Positions 10,987 to 24,000 of a DNA stretch of 64,000 bases are shown here, one piece after another. A program made the position numbers and the translations under genes. Source of the DNA: Macrostomum lignano (taxonomy: Eukaryota); NCBI GenBank assembly GCA_002269645.1, contig NIVC01003312.1, positions 40,522 to 104,521 of the forward strand, in the 5' to 3' direction. The notes under the pieces were generated by a model. It made no database searches. It had not been told where the DNA came from and was given only the letters and a program-made list of their open reading frames with translations. The stretch's first letter is position 1. The number at the start of each line of letters is the position of its first letter.

Positions 10987-13455
10987 ACGGCTCCCATGAT
11001 GTGCTTCCTGTTAATTGATGGTGGGCGGGAGCTGTGAGCAGCAGGATATGACAGCACTAATTAATCGTAATGTTATTAACCTTAATAATCAATATACAGG
11101 CCTTGCATATAAAGCTTTACTGTTTGTCTGCACTGTTGCTAATAATGAATTTGTGCCTCGCGCTTTCACGGCTTAGTTGATCATCGGGGACTGGGCCGCT
11201 GGGCTGGTTGGCAAAAGCTGGCGAGTCGAGGAGGCGACAATCGACCCGCAGCCATTCCGCTGACGCCCTGAGCTAGCACACGGATAACAGTGGGTTTCTC
11301 ATGGTTAGTTAGTTGCAATCTCTGTACCTCGGTGGTTGGCTCGCCGCTCTTCTCATGAACCGAAAGATTCAGGTGAATTTTCGTGCACACGTGTATTGAA
11401 AGAGATTGATTTTACTTTGCACTCCTAAATCGTGCAAATATCGCTGCGAAATGCAATGGCGAGATAGGAAGATCAAATGCAATAATTGATTGGGATGAAA
11501 AACTTGATAACTTTAATAACCGAGGCGGCAGTGTTTAATTGCAGGAGTGAGAAAAGGTGCTCGCTTGAGAGCTAGGCTGACAAAATTTGCGCGTGGGGTG
11601 GCGGTTGAATACAATACCATACAAATCTCTAAGCCGGTCAATAACAATCGCCAGTGCTAGTGAGTCAACACTTTAGTGCATGCAACCTATAGCAGAGTTC
11701 ATCATGTCACTATGTCACAAAAACAAATATTTTTTTCTTATCGCCGCACTGTATTTTTATTCGAGGAAATAGGCCTTCAAAAAAGCTACACGATCTTTAA
11801 GTTTCACGTCCTGTTATACTACAGTGGTACTTGCGTCCATAGCTATAGCTAATGCGATGCAATTTCCTTGATGATAGAACACTTCGCCAACAGTACAAGC
11901 GAGCTATCATCACTCAGATTGGCGGGGGAACTCCGAAAGAGGCGATGCAGTGGGAATCATTAGCAGGCCTGACTGCATGCAGCCGCAGTTTTGATTGGGA
12001 AGGCCGCATAGCGACAGCCGGGCAAAGCCTTGAACAAGAAGATTGAGCGTGCGAGCGACCAGTCTTAAAAGAGAATTTATGAATAGAGTGAACAGGAAAA
12101 GGAAACGCGAGAGAGCATAGGAACGAGAAGGAGAAAGAGGCGCATTGAGAACACGGGATGGCGACGGGGGGAATAATGCGTGTGAGAGTGAAGGCATGGC
12201 AGCTGCGATGAGAGTTACCTTATGCTTACTATTACTGGGGAAGCTGCGCCCCTCATCTGCCTATCTATATCAATCCCTGTTTAATCCACCCCAATCTGTG
12301 TCCTCTGGGCATGCAGTGCAGAGCCGAAAATTGCATTAATCCGCAACACAATGTGTGCCCGCCGCGCCCGCACACAGGGGGAGAGGAACGGCTCGGTCGA
12401 CTCAGCTCCTCGTCTATACTTAGTCTCTCCCCACTCCCACGCTGCCTCCGCGTGTCTCTTCAGAAGTTCGAAGGCCCCGCCCCGAGTATCCCCCAGCTCA
12501 GAACGCGGGGAGGGTCGAGGTTGCATCCGCAGCAGCAAATCTCCTGGCCCTTTAGTCTGGATCTCCTGGCCTCAAGCTTCGCTGTCTCCTTGCTTCTTTT
12601 GAGACTTTGCGACAAGAAATTGGAGTGCTGGGAGAGAGGGAGATGCTAAAGCCGCGAGTCGGGGCGCGCTGTCGCTCCGTTTGAGCTCCGCAGCCCGAGC
12701 TGCAGTTCCCTCGCCCCCAATCAGTGCCTACGGGCTGTGCTGGTCGCCAAGGCCCGCCACCTCGTTCCTTCTTCCTTCCTTCAGCGCTTCAACTCTCCCT
12801 CTGCTCTCTCCCTCCGCCCGCGGTTTCTCTACTTCCCAACTTCCTTCTCCCGATCCGATGCCTCTAATACCGTCACTGCCGCGGGTGACACACGAGCTTC
12901 TGCGGCGCTGCTTCGCCGGCCACCCAAACTGAAAGAAGAAAAGAATTAGGGGGGGGGGGAGATGCGATAGGACGGCGCGGGGGACGGCCCTGTGTGCCGG
13001 CATAAACGGCATCGAGGGAAGAGAAGGGAAGCAGGGAAAGGGGGCAGCACACAGTGTGGCGGCTGAGCATATATAAGGTAGCTCTGGAGGCTCCCAGCCA
13101 GCGCTTCCAAAAAAGTAACCACCCCACACTTACCTCGCGTGCGATTCCACATCCTCGTGCAGAGAGAGAGAGAAGCGCCTGTCCCTCCTCTTACACGGAA
13201 CGCGTATTGGAACTCAACTACAGTCGAGGCGTACACGATCGAAGAGTATCAGATTGACGAACTGGGCGGTGAGCGATTGAGTGCACTTCTGCGTAGATTA
13301 GTGAAGAAGCAATAACTGTCAGTAGATTAAATAGCAGCACCCACCCATTGATAGACTGATCAGCAACCTAAGCAATCGAGTTAAAAAAAATCGAACAATT
13401 AGAGGAATTGAAATTGCAGCTTCGTTACTCAGCCAGCCAGCCAGCCACTCACTCA

Positions 13456-13893
13456 AGTCAGTCAGTCAGTCAGTCAGTCAGTCAGTCAGTCAGTCAGTCA
13501 GTCAGTCAGTCAGTCAGTCAGTCAGTCAGTCAGTCAGTCAGTCAGTCAGTCAGTCAGTCAGTCAGTCAGTCAGTCAGTCAGTCAGTCAGTCAGTCAGTCA
13601 GTCAGTCAGTCAGTCAGTCAGTCAGTCAGTCAGTCAGTCAGTCAGTCAGTCAGTCAGTCAGTCAGTCAGTCAGTCAGTCAGTCAGTCAGTCAGTCAGTCA
13701 GTCAGTCAGTCAGTCAGTCAGTCAGTCAGTCAGTCAGTCAGTCAGTCAGTCAGTCAGTCAGTCAGTCAGTCAGTCAGTCAGTCAGTCAGTCAGTCAGTCA
13801 GTCAGTCAGTCAGTCAGTCAGTTAGTCAGTCAGTCAGTCAGTCAGTCAGTCAGTCAGTCAGTCAGTCAGTCAGTCAGTCAGTCAGTCAGTCAG
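13456..13893. repeat. (AGTC)n microsatellite, about 109 units with one variant near 13821
   Basis: Direct reading. Confidence 0.98.
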
Positions 13894-14301
13894 CCCCATC
13901 TCAACCCGAACACTCTCAGCTGGCCTATATTGCATTCTATTTTTGGTTTGCCCATGTTTTTAATTAAAAGCCGATGGACCGCGGCAGGTGTAGGCACGTA
14001 CGAGTAACTGAAAAACTCAAAAAGGGATTAGGGATTAGCGAAGGGCCGAGAGGATCAGAGCCGAAATTTCAAGAGTTAGAACAAATGAAAAAATGAAAAA
14101 AATTAATAAAACTCGTCAGAAATTTAAACACGTTCGCATTTTTACGTAACTTTTATTAAATCCAGAAGCTTTCCTTTTATACGTCTTCAAATTTCCTTGA
14201 AGTTGACTGGATAATAATATTTTGGCTAATTAAAAGCAAAATCAAGAGTCAACCGCGCACCAATTTCAGAGCAACTTACAGTCTCAACTCACTACTCAAG
14301 C

Positions 14302-17300
14302 ATGACTGAGAAGTACAAGCTGATCTACTTTCCCATCCGCTTCCGGGCCGAAGGCCTCCGTTGGACCTTGGCCTACTCTGGCCTGCCCTGGGAGGACAAG
14401 AAGATCATGATGGAGGAGTGGGCCGGACTCAAGCCAAGTGAGCTGTACTGTATACTGTACTGTACTGTACTGGGTTGTGTCTGTACACTCGGATAGATTG
14501 TGTCTGTACACTCGGATAGGTTGTGTCTGTACACTCGGATAGATTGTGTCTGTACACTCGGATAGATTGTGTCTGTACACTCGGATAGGTTGTGTCTGTA
14601 CACTCGGATATGTTGTGTCTGCCTGTACACTCGGATAGGTTGTGTCTGTACACTCGGATATGTTGTGTCTGTACACTCGGATAGGTTGTGTCTGCCTGTA
14701 CACTCGGATAGGTTGTGTCTGTACACTCGGATATGTTGTGTCTGCCTGTACACTAGGATAGATTATGCCTGTACACTCGGATAGAGGGAGAGTTTTGTCT
14801 GCCTGTACACTAGGATAGATTATGCCTGTACACTCGGATAGAGGGAGAGTTTTGTCTGCCTGTACACTAGGATAGATTATGCCTGTACACTCGGATAGAG
14901 GGAGAGTTTTGTCTGCCTGTACACTAGGATAGATTATGCCTGTACACTCGGATAGAGGGAGAGTTTTGTCTGCCTGTACACTAGGATAGATTATGCCTGT
15001 ACACTCGGATAGATTATGCCTGTACACTCGGATAGAGGGAGAGTTTTGTCTGCCTGTACACTAGGATAGATTATGCCTGTACACTCGGATAGATTATGCC
15101 TGTACACTCGGATAGAGGGAGAGTTTTGTCTGCCTGTACACTAGGATAGATTATGCCTGTACACTCGGATAGAGGGAGAGTTTTGTCTGCCTGTACACTG
15201 GACCGCACACGCAGCGTATTATTAATGCCGCATCGATCAGCTTAGGCGGCCAGTTCAGTTACAAGACGGCCCCGTTAATAACAGACTCAAAGCAATCTCA
15301 GCTAGCCCTGACTTCGTTAGGGTGGGGGATGGGGTGCAGACCTGCGCAGAGGATATTGCCCACGGCCGGTAATTGGCGCCTACGGGATGTCAACGGTAGT
15401 TCGAGTCGAGTTCCTCGGCTTGCTTAGCTAGAAATCTCCGTACCGTTTCCACAGCTTCCCGTTCTTGCCCTGGGTTCCTTATTTCTCTTAGCAGAAGAAG
15501 CAACTGTCCTACAAAGCCAAATATCTGCTTCCGCGCTCGTGCAGAGAAAAAAGAAATTTTCCGGCCGGCGTCCTGTCGGCGACCTGTTTTTTATTGCCGA
15601 ACCCTTCCCCTCTGTATCCTCTTCTTGTCTTGTCTCCTCTTCAGCATTCTTTCCTTTTTTACATTCTTCCTCACTGAGTCGCACCCCTCACTGAGTCGCC
15701 CCCCTCACTGAGTCGCCCCCCTCACTGAGTCGCCCCCCTCACTGAGTCGCCCCCCTCACTGAGTCGCTCCCCTCACTGAGTCGCCCCCCTCACTGAGTCG
15801 CTCCCCTCACTGAGTCGCTCCCTCTCACTGAGTCGCCCCCTCATTGAGTCGCCCCCCTCACTGAGTCGCCCCCCCCTCACTGAGTCGCTCCCCTCACTGA
15901 GTCGCTCCCTCTCACTGAGTCGCCCCCTCACTGAGTCGCCCCCTCATTGAGTCGCCCCCCTCACTGAGTCGCCCCCCTCACTAAGTCGCCCCCTCACTGA
16001 GTCGCCCCCTCACTGAGTAGCTTTCTCTTTCATTCCCCCTTCTTCTGCATTTCTCGTTGTTTCTCATCGATTCAATTAGATATTTTTCTGTTTCTGTTCC
16101 CTGTTTCATCCGCCCCCCTCCGCGTGCGACTCTCCTCTCTCTCTAAAATCTTCTCCTGCCCACCCTTTCACCTGGCTGACTGCGGCTCCCCTGGGAGGCT
16201 CTGGGACGCGGAGACTCGATGAAAAACGTGCACGCTGAGTCCCTACACAAGCGGCAGGTGTTCCGGGAGGCCAGGTTAATCCCATTCCTTGTTTTTTCCA
16301 GTCATTCTGTCAGCCTAGGACGGCTACATCGCTTCAGCCTTGACGCTTTTCTGTGCCCCTGAAATCCCCTTTTTTTAACCTTCTCCCATGCCCCACCCCC
16401 TCCTGCTCCGTCCCTCCTCTGCACGGAATCTCTCGGTTTAGCAGAGGAGCTGGGGGGGTGGTGGGGGGCACGTGGCTGCAAGCAGCCTGCATGATGAGCT
16501 ATCCCTCTCTGCTTCTTAAGTCCCAAAAGTTCCGTGACGAACCGAGCTTGCCAGACCAAGAAGCCGCGGAGAAGCAGGCAGGCTTCAGCTTGAAGCAAAT
16601 GGGATTAAAAGAACACAGCAATCCTTGCTCTAATCGCAAGAAGACTTTCTTCTTTCAGGCTTCTTTAGCCGACCCTAGTTCCGACCTGTTTTTTAGAAAT
16701 CCAAGAGTCGCAGGATGAAGAATAGAGGCTGCGTGCACGTTTCCCAGGCTCAGAATCCATCAAGCAGTGTTTAGGCCTGACTGGGCACACATCTTATTGC
16801 CTTGACTGACTCTATTGAAACTCTGCGCGTGTCGGGACTTGCTCAATTAGCCTTGTGTCCTGGGGGCCACTTACTGGCCTGCCAGCCCAAGCGAAAGGCC
16901 CGGAGCAGCCTGGAGCAGCCCTGCGCAACTATTACTACTAATAGTACCTGATCGAATATCGCTAGTAGGCAGCAGGGAACACATCATTCACGCATTACCT
17001 GTCACATCATCCACACCTCACCTGTCACATCATCCACACCTCACCTGTCACATCATCCACACCTCACCTGTCACATTATCTACACCTTACCTGTCACATC
17101 ATGCACACCTCACCTGTCACATTATCTACACCTTACCTGTCACATCATCCACACCTCACCTGTCACATCATCCACACCTCACCTGTCACATCATCCACAC
17201 CTCACCTGTCACATCATCCACACCTCACCTGTCACATCATCCACACCTCACCTGTCACATCATCCACACCTCACCTGTCACATTATCTACACCTTACCTG

Positions 17301-18132
17301 TCACATCATGCACACCACACCTGTCACATCATGCACACCACACCTGTCACATCTAAACATCTTAAATCCGCAGCCGTGCCGTCCGGCATTTTGCCCTGTC
17401 TGGTGACCCCTGACGGCCGCAAGCTCGTCCAGTCGGCAGCCATCGCCCGGTTCCTAGCCGTCCGGGCTGGCATCTACCCGGCCGGCGAGGCCGAGCAGTG
17501 CAAATGCGACGAGTTGATTGCCCTGGTGCAGTGCGACCTCATGGCCGCCTACGAGCAGTTCCTGCCGCTGCGGCCGCAGGAGGAGCGCCGGCGCGGCTAC
17601 GACAACTGGAACGAGAAGGCCGCGCCAAGGATTCTGGGCTATTTGGACGGCATTCTGGCTGACAGCCAGTCGGGCTACCTCATCGGGGACGAGGCAAGCA
17701 GATGCTTTGCACTTTTAGTTTTGAAGAAATCGACTCGCACTTGGAGTTTCCTTGCTAGTAGGGACTTCAAAAGTACCAGCTAGAAATTTACTTAGGAGTT
17801 CCCTGCGAGAGTAAAAATAGATCTGTATTGGGGATTTCCCTCGACCTTGATTTGGGATTCCCCCTGCGCACGTAGAGCACAAAAATAGATCTCTTCTGTA
17901 TAGGCATTTCCCTGCGCACATACGCAAAAGTAGCTTGAACTACCCGCAGCTGACAGTCGCCGACCTGCTAGTAGCAGCGGTCGTGGACTCCCTGTCGCAG
18001 ATCCCAGAGGTCCGAGCGTCGGCCCAGTCCAGGAAGCACCTGACCGCCCACCTGGCCAAGCTGCGCCAGCAGGAGAAGCTGGCCGCCTATTTGAAGTCGC
18101 GAGACGACTCATTTCCCGGCTTTAACGTGTGA
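14302..18132 (+). CDS. GST: Glutathione S-transferase, sigma-class-like, 212 aa; exons 14302-14437, 17374-17693, 17950-18132
   Basis: YKLIYF..R.RAE N-terminus, KPT|VPSGILPCL...DGRKLVQSAAIARFLA, GDE|LTVADL. Phases 1 and 0; total 639 nt; intron 2 has a GC donor. Confidence 0.92.
14445..15200. repeat. Composite intronic minisatellite (core TGTACACTCGGATAG; 23-27-bp units and a longer composite unit)
   Basis: Starts within a few bases of the GST intron 1 donor. Confidence 0.93.
15670..16020. repeat. 17-19-bp minisatellite (CTCACTGAGTCGCCCCC)
   Basis: Direct reading. Confidence 0.93.
16995..17352. repeat. 23-bp minisatellite (CCTGTCACATCATCCACACCTCA)
   Basis: Ends about 20 nt before the GST exon 2 acceptor. 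Confidence 0.93.
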
Positions 18133-18588
18133 GCTGCGGAGGAGGGCAAGCAAAAGAAAAACGCAGGAGGCGAACCGCCAACTGACCCTTTATTTGAGAC
18201 TCGAAGCGACTAATCTTCTCACTGATTCTAATCATAAATCACGTTTAAGAAATTCAGTCCACGCTTTTCTCATTAAGCTGTAGAATTTTCAGCTTGTTCG
18301 CTACCTAATCATTAATTGTTTGAGTCGGCAATTTTCAATAAATAGTAAAATAAACTCTTCAAATGAGTCAGCTTTGCACTCTTGTAAGGCCATCAGCAGA
18401 TAACGGCAAGCAGTCACTGCCGCCTACTTGCCGTCCATTTAAAACTAAGTTGCAAAAAATCACAAATATAATGGCCTGAGTTTGAGTTGAAGAAACTGAA
18501 AAAGCCTTATGCAGCTAGAAGCGCCATTTGAAGGCTAGAGGTGGCAAAGGGGGTCAAATGGAGGTCAAATGGAAGTCTGAGGTGTCAA

Positions 18589-19564
18589 TAATAATAATAA
18601 TAATAATAATAATAGTTACGCCCCACGCCAGCCACAGAAGTGGCCAAAAGGGGGGAGCGTCAAATCGCGCGTTTCAGAGCCAGGTCTTTAATGTGCTTCA
18701 CACCTCGGTTGAGCCTCGCCATCAGGTCCGCTAGCGCGGCGGTGTTAGCGTTCTGGCGTGGCGACACAAACGGGCAGCGCTCGGACCGCGGTGCCACGGC
18801 GTTGAGGTCACCAAGCACCACCACAGTGTCGCGGTGCGCCACCAACTCGAGCTGCTCGGACAGGAGCTCGAAGAACTCCTGTGCCTCCTGCTGATGGGCA
18901 GCCGTGGGAGCGTACGCATAGAACAGCCGCGCATTGCAGCGGCGCAGCCTCACGTCCACGCGCAGCAGTCTGGCTGACAAGCTGACGCAGCAGACGCTCT
19001 CGCCTAGCCGTGGTCCGACGAGCGCGCCGACTCCTCCGCGGCCTCTGCTGTCCGCTGACGTGTAGTGCAGCGTCCAGCCGGCCCCCAGGTCTTCACGGTG
19101 AAGTCCAGACTCAGCAGTGATTGACAACTCCTGCAGCATGACGAGGTCTAGCCGCAGGTCAGATGCCAGCAGTGCGAGCATGCCCCTTCTCCAGGCGGAC
19201 TTCAGTGTTCGGCAGTTAAAGGTGGCTAGTCTTAGAGCGCGGTTTGTAAAGGCTGGGGCCCGGTGTTGGTGGGCCTCACGGTCCCCGGCGCCACCCGGCG
19301 GAGCCGACTGGACGGGGATCGGCGGGTCAGAGTTGACTGACGAAGGCGGCCTTTCGTTCGTCCTCGCCGGTTGCGTTCCCTTCGCCGCTCAATGCGACGT
19401 CGGGCGCTTCGCTGTCCACGCCGTCCTCCTGTCCTGCCGCACTTAGCAGCCGCAGCACCAGGGCGCGGCTCTCCATGTTGGCCGAGGCAAGCGCTGGGGG
19501 CTCCAGCGTCACCAGGAGGCAGCGGCATTTATTTGCATCAGGGTGCAGATTAATTTAATTTATT
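18589..19564 (-). mobile_element. Internally deleted RTE-like non-LTR retrotransposon: 5' region, N-terminal part of the APE endonuclease, 3' end with (TAT)n tail; no RT
   Basis: In-frame motifs LRLATFNCRTL (about 19235-19203), LQE, GGVG, YAYAPT, LGDLNA; (ATA)n at 18589-18614; candidate TSD TGAGGTGTCAA at 18578-18588 and 19565-19575. Confidence 0.8.
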
Positions 19565-19599
19565 TGAGGTGTCAAATAAAGATCTCAAAGATCTTATTT

Positions 19600-19860
19600 G
19601 AGGGTCAAAATAAAGTGTCAAATGAAAGTTAGAGGTGTCAAATGGAGGCAAGAGGTGTCGAATGGAGGTCAGAGGTGTCAATGGGGGTCAGAGGTGTCAA
19701 ATGGAGGTCAGAGGTGTCGAATGGAGGTTAGAGGTATCAAATGGAGGTCAGAGGTGTCAAGTGGAGGTTAGAGGTGTCGAATGGAGGTCAGAGGTGTCGA
19801 ATGGAGGTTAGAGATGTCAAATGGAGGTCAGAGGTGTCGAATGGAGGTCAAAGGTGTCAA
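19600..19860. repeat. 20-bp minisatellite (GAGGTCAGAGGTGTCAAATG); remnant of the same family at 18530-18588
   Basis: Direct reading. Confidence 0.88.
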
Positions 19861-20219
19861 CTGGCGGTTGGATGTGTCAAACGGATATTAGATGCACGAA
19901 GAGGTTCAAAAAAGACATTAAAACACCCGGTTGTTCGAAAAGCTTGCAAACATTAGCCACCAGAGAGAAAGGTCGCTAGAATTCGTCAACAACCAATCAG
20001 AATCCATTCGAATTCAGTTCCGAATTTCGCGTGTTTTTTAGCGGCGAAGCGAGTTTCAATGGGAAGGGAGGTCGCTGACTTTGTTTTGTGTCGCCAGACT
20101 TCATTATATTGATTATTGCATACGGGTTTAAAATCACTGCAACAAAGGTAAATTTGTCTTTAAGTATGGCATAACTTACAGTATCACAGTGGTGAAGAAT
20201 GTCTCTCTCTCTATAGTAG

Positions 20220-20750
20220 CGCTCACACCTGTGTATATAGTGCTAACACCTGTTTATATAGTGCTAACACCTGTTTATATAGTGCTAACACCTGTTTATA
20301 TAGTTCTAACACCTGTTTATATAGTGCTAACACCTGTTTATATAGTGCTAACACCTGTTTATATAGTGCTTACACCTGTTTATATAGTGCTCACACCTGT
20401 TTATATAGTGCTCACACCTGTTTATATAGTGCTCACACCTGTTTGTATAGTGCTCACACCTGTTTATATAGTGCTCACACCTGTTTATATAGTGCTCACA
20501 CCTGTTTATATAGTGCTCTCACCTGTTTATATAGTGCTCACACCTGTTTGTATAGTGCTCACACCTGTTTATATAGTGCTCACACCTGTTTATATAGTGC
20601 TCACACCTGTTTATATAGTGCTCTCACCTGTTTATATAGTGCTCTCACCTGTTTATATAGTGCTCACACCTGTTTATATAGTGCTCTCACCTGTTTATAT
20701 AGTGCTCTCACCTGTTTATATAGTGCCCACACCTGTTTATATAGTGCTCA
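20220..20750. repeat. 21-bp minisatellite (CACACCTGTTTATATAGTGCT)
   Basis: About 25 copies; spurious (LTPVYIV)n ORF. Confidence 0.96.
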
Positions 20751-21042
20751 AGGCCACTAGTGAGTGCACATGCCTGACGAATAGAAAGTCAGGCCCGCTG
20801 TACACCCCGTGTGAACGGAATGGGCCAGAATCGCCGTCAGCGCTGGCTTGTAGGAAGATGTCGCCGAAGATGTTGCGCCCGGGTGCTCACAGTTCCTCTG
20901 CAATAGTATATCATACATGTTACCTGTTATAACTGGGGTCAGCGCCTGCCCCACAGTGATGTCACTTAAATCCTAGACTCAGTTGCGTTTATAAAATCAA
21001 GGCCCAGCTCAAAATTTACTCCTTCTATTTTAGACTTCAAAA

Positions 21043-24000
21043 ATGGTAAAAATGCCATTGATCTGCATCTTGGCAGCTACGTTCGGCGTCGCCATTGCAA
21101 TGAGTTCGGCTTCGGGAGCTTCAGCTGGCGCAGGCTCGGCACGAAGACCCCTGTGCGAAGCTCCCGCAATCGGGTACGCGAGCGTGACAATCAACTCCGT
21201 CTTTCTTCGGAAAGACGCTAGAGAAATAATGGTCCCTCGGGTTCACATTGAATTTATGGTTTCTGTGAAATTGGCCCTTATTCACACTCTATATTCACAC
21301 TCCATATTCACACCCCATATTCCCACTCCATATTCAAATCCCATATTCACACCCATTATTCACACATATTCAATGGTTCTAGGTCACGGCCAAACCTAAA
21401 AAGTCTAAGCTCTGTGGTCAGCAAAATTTCCGACAAAATTTCGGTCTTTAAGATGTTTCCAATAATTATCCCCAAACAAAACTAGAAGTTCGAGCTCGAG
21501 AGACAGCTTGCTTCCCTCCGTCCGAGTGAACACGACAGACCGACTGGCGTCTCTGCGACGCTGGATGGCGCATCGCGGAATCCACTGGTACCTGGAGACC
21601 GGCCGGGACTCCAGCCTGCTGAGAAGGACCGAACCAGCTGATCAGTTTCTGCGCTGGCTAAGCGGCTTCTCCGGCTCCAGCGGTGCGTGGTCTGGACTCG
21701 AGTCTCGGGGCGCTCGGACTCCGGGTCTCGGGACGCTTGGACTCCGGGTTGGACTCGGGATTAGGGAGGCTTGGACTCGGGATTAGAAAGGCTTGGACTC
21801 GGGATTAGAAAGGCTTGGACGCGGGATTAAGGAGCCTTGGACTCGGGTCTCGGGATGCTTGGACCCAGGAATTGGGATGATTAGAGATTTGGATAAAATC
21901 TGATAGCAGCAACGGACGAATTTTCTGCAGCTAAAAAAGCTGAGCTTGACGTTCACGCGCTGGTAGCGGTGTTTACCGGCTGTCTGCAACACAGGCGCCG
22001 CTCATCGTCAATCAATCAAGTCGGCTTGCTGAAACTCGCAAAGTGGCCCTCATTCACTGCCTAATTTGTCACTTCGGCAGTGCCTGTCACCCCTTCCCCT
22101 CCCAGTTGCGAGCCGGGGGTATTAGCCTTGACATTCGCCTAATCGCTTTAATTGCCCGAAGGGGAGCCGGTGCTGAAGCACGAAAACAGATGGCCGGTGC
22201 AAGACCGCACTTGTGGCCTATCAACACTTTCTGGGTAATAAAAGTTTCACTTTGCACTGTTCGAAACCCGTGTAAGTTTGGCATTTCGTGAATGTCAATA
22301 TCGTTGATTTGTCGATTTGAAGAAATTCTGAGCGCTACAGCGAATTTCAGCAGCAAATTTTACGATCTTGTCGTTTCGTCCGATGTTAGACCCGGAAAAG
22401 CTTAACTATAAAATTGTATTATTGTAGATCGGCAACTCTTAAAATGCAGATTAGCACAGATTCGCTTTTGCGTTGAATTGGGTTTTAGCGGAGACGAATC
22501 TAATTTATAATAACAATAATAATTGATTACACCAGTATGTGCAACCGACAGCTCAGCCGCAGCTATTGCGCGGCGCATCTGAAGGCTGCGTACGGCTGTT
22601 CAGTCCAAGGACTGGTCGCCACGCATACCCGCAATTACCCCAGCTAATGCTGGCACCCATTTTACAGCTGGGTGAACTGAAGCAATGCAGAGTTAAGACA
22701 CTTAAGTGTCTTGCTCAAGGACACAAATTGTTCCGGGTGGGTCGAGAATCAGTCTTGAGTCCGACGCTCTAACCACTAGGCCACAACCCTATAGTGTTTA
22801 GAAAAATACACTGTCACAAAGTGAATAGGAACAACTGAAAATTAATAGAAGCTTTCACGTCCTTATTGCGCTGGCTCACTTCAAAGTAATATTGTGGTAA
22901 GTTGCGCGTCTGGTTAATAGTAAAATTAAGGATGTGAGCACTAGCATTTTTGGTAAGCGCCTCGCGTCAGCCTTTGCCCTGTTTCTCCGGTTGCATTTTT
23001 CAAGACAACACACATGCAACCTGCTCTCTTTGTGATTCGGAATCTTATACGGTAAGTTATTCACGAACTATCCGATGCTTCCGCAGGTGAGGCTCTGATT
23101 TCGCACAGCTGGGCTCGCCTGTTCACTGACAGTCGGTACGCGGTGCAGGCGGACTCCGAGCTCGACTGCTCAAACTGGCAGCTGAGCACGGACCAAACAG
23201 TCCAGGACTGGATCTCAGAGTACTCTGGGCCGATCGTCACTCTGGCCTTCGACTCCAGCCGCATACCCTGGACCGACTGTCCCAACGCCGACTCCCAACG
23301 CCTGAAGCTGCTCGCCCTGCTGCCTGGCCAACCGGCCGACATTCTGTGGACGTCTGGCCGGCCGCAGCGTCAGCGGCGCACCGTCTACCCGCTGGCCAGT
23401 CGGTACACCGGCGGCATCTCCTGGCGGGAGAAGGTGGCCTCCGCCCGGCTGGCCATGGCAGCGAGAGGAGCCGCCGCTCTGTCCGTCACGGCCCTGGACG
23501 AGGTCGCCTACCTGCTGAACCTGCGCGCTACCGTGGTGGCCGGCCAGCCCTACTTCCGAGGCGTCGTACTGCTGCTGCGGAACTCCACCAGCCCGATTGT
23601 GTTTCTGGACAGTGGCGTCCTTGCCAACCCGGCCGTTCGGCGCCACCTTCAAGGAGCCACTGTGCGCGACCTGTCTGAGCTGGCAGCATTCGCCGACTCG
23701 GCGAAGTTTGGTGGCAGCTCCGCGAATCGCCTCTGGGTCTCCAGAGTGCACGCGTCTCTCGCAACCGTGGCGACTCTTCTGGGCCCGTCGACAGACCCGC
23801 TGAACCGTTCGGCCGTGGAGAACGTCATCCCGTATCGCACCCCGATTTATTATGCCAAGTCGGTCAAATTCACTTTAGAGCGCGTTGAGTTCGCCGCCTG
23901 CAGCCTGCTAGACTCGGCCGCTCTGGTGGCAGCGCTGAGCGACCTCGAACGGCTGGTGGCCGCTCGCCAGCCGGTAACGGAGCTGTCGGTTGCCAGTTTA

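Noticed and set aside
11161-12950. Short ORFs of 60-130 aa on both strands
   Set aside because: No recognisable motifs, no consistent splice frame, overlapping in many frames.
19435-19530. HDV-like ribozyme at the RTE 5' end (GCC-TCCTGGT-GAC and GCTAA-GTGCGGC on the minus strand)
   Set aside because: P2- and L3-like pieces exist, but I could not form P1 or P1.1; an Infernal search would settle it.
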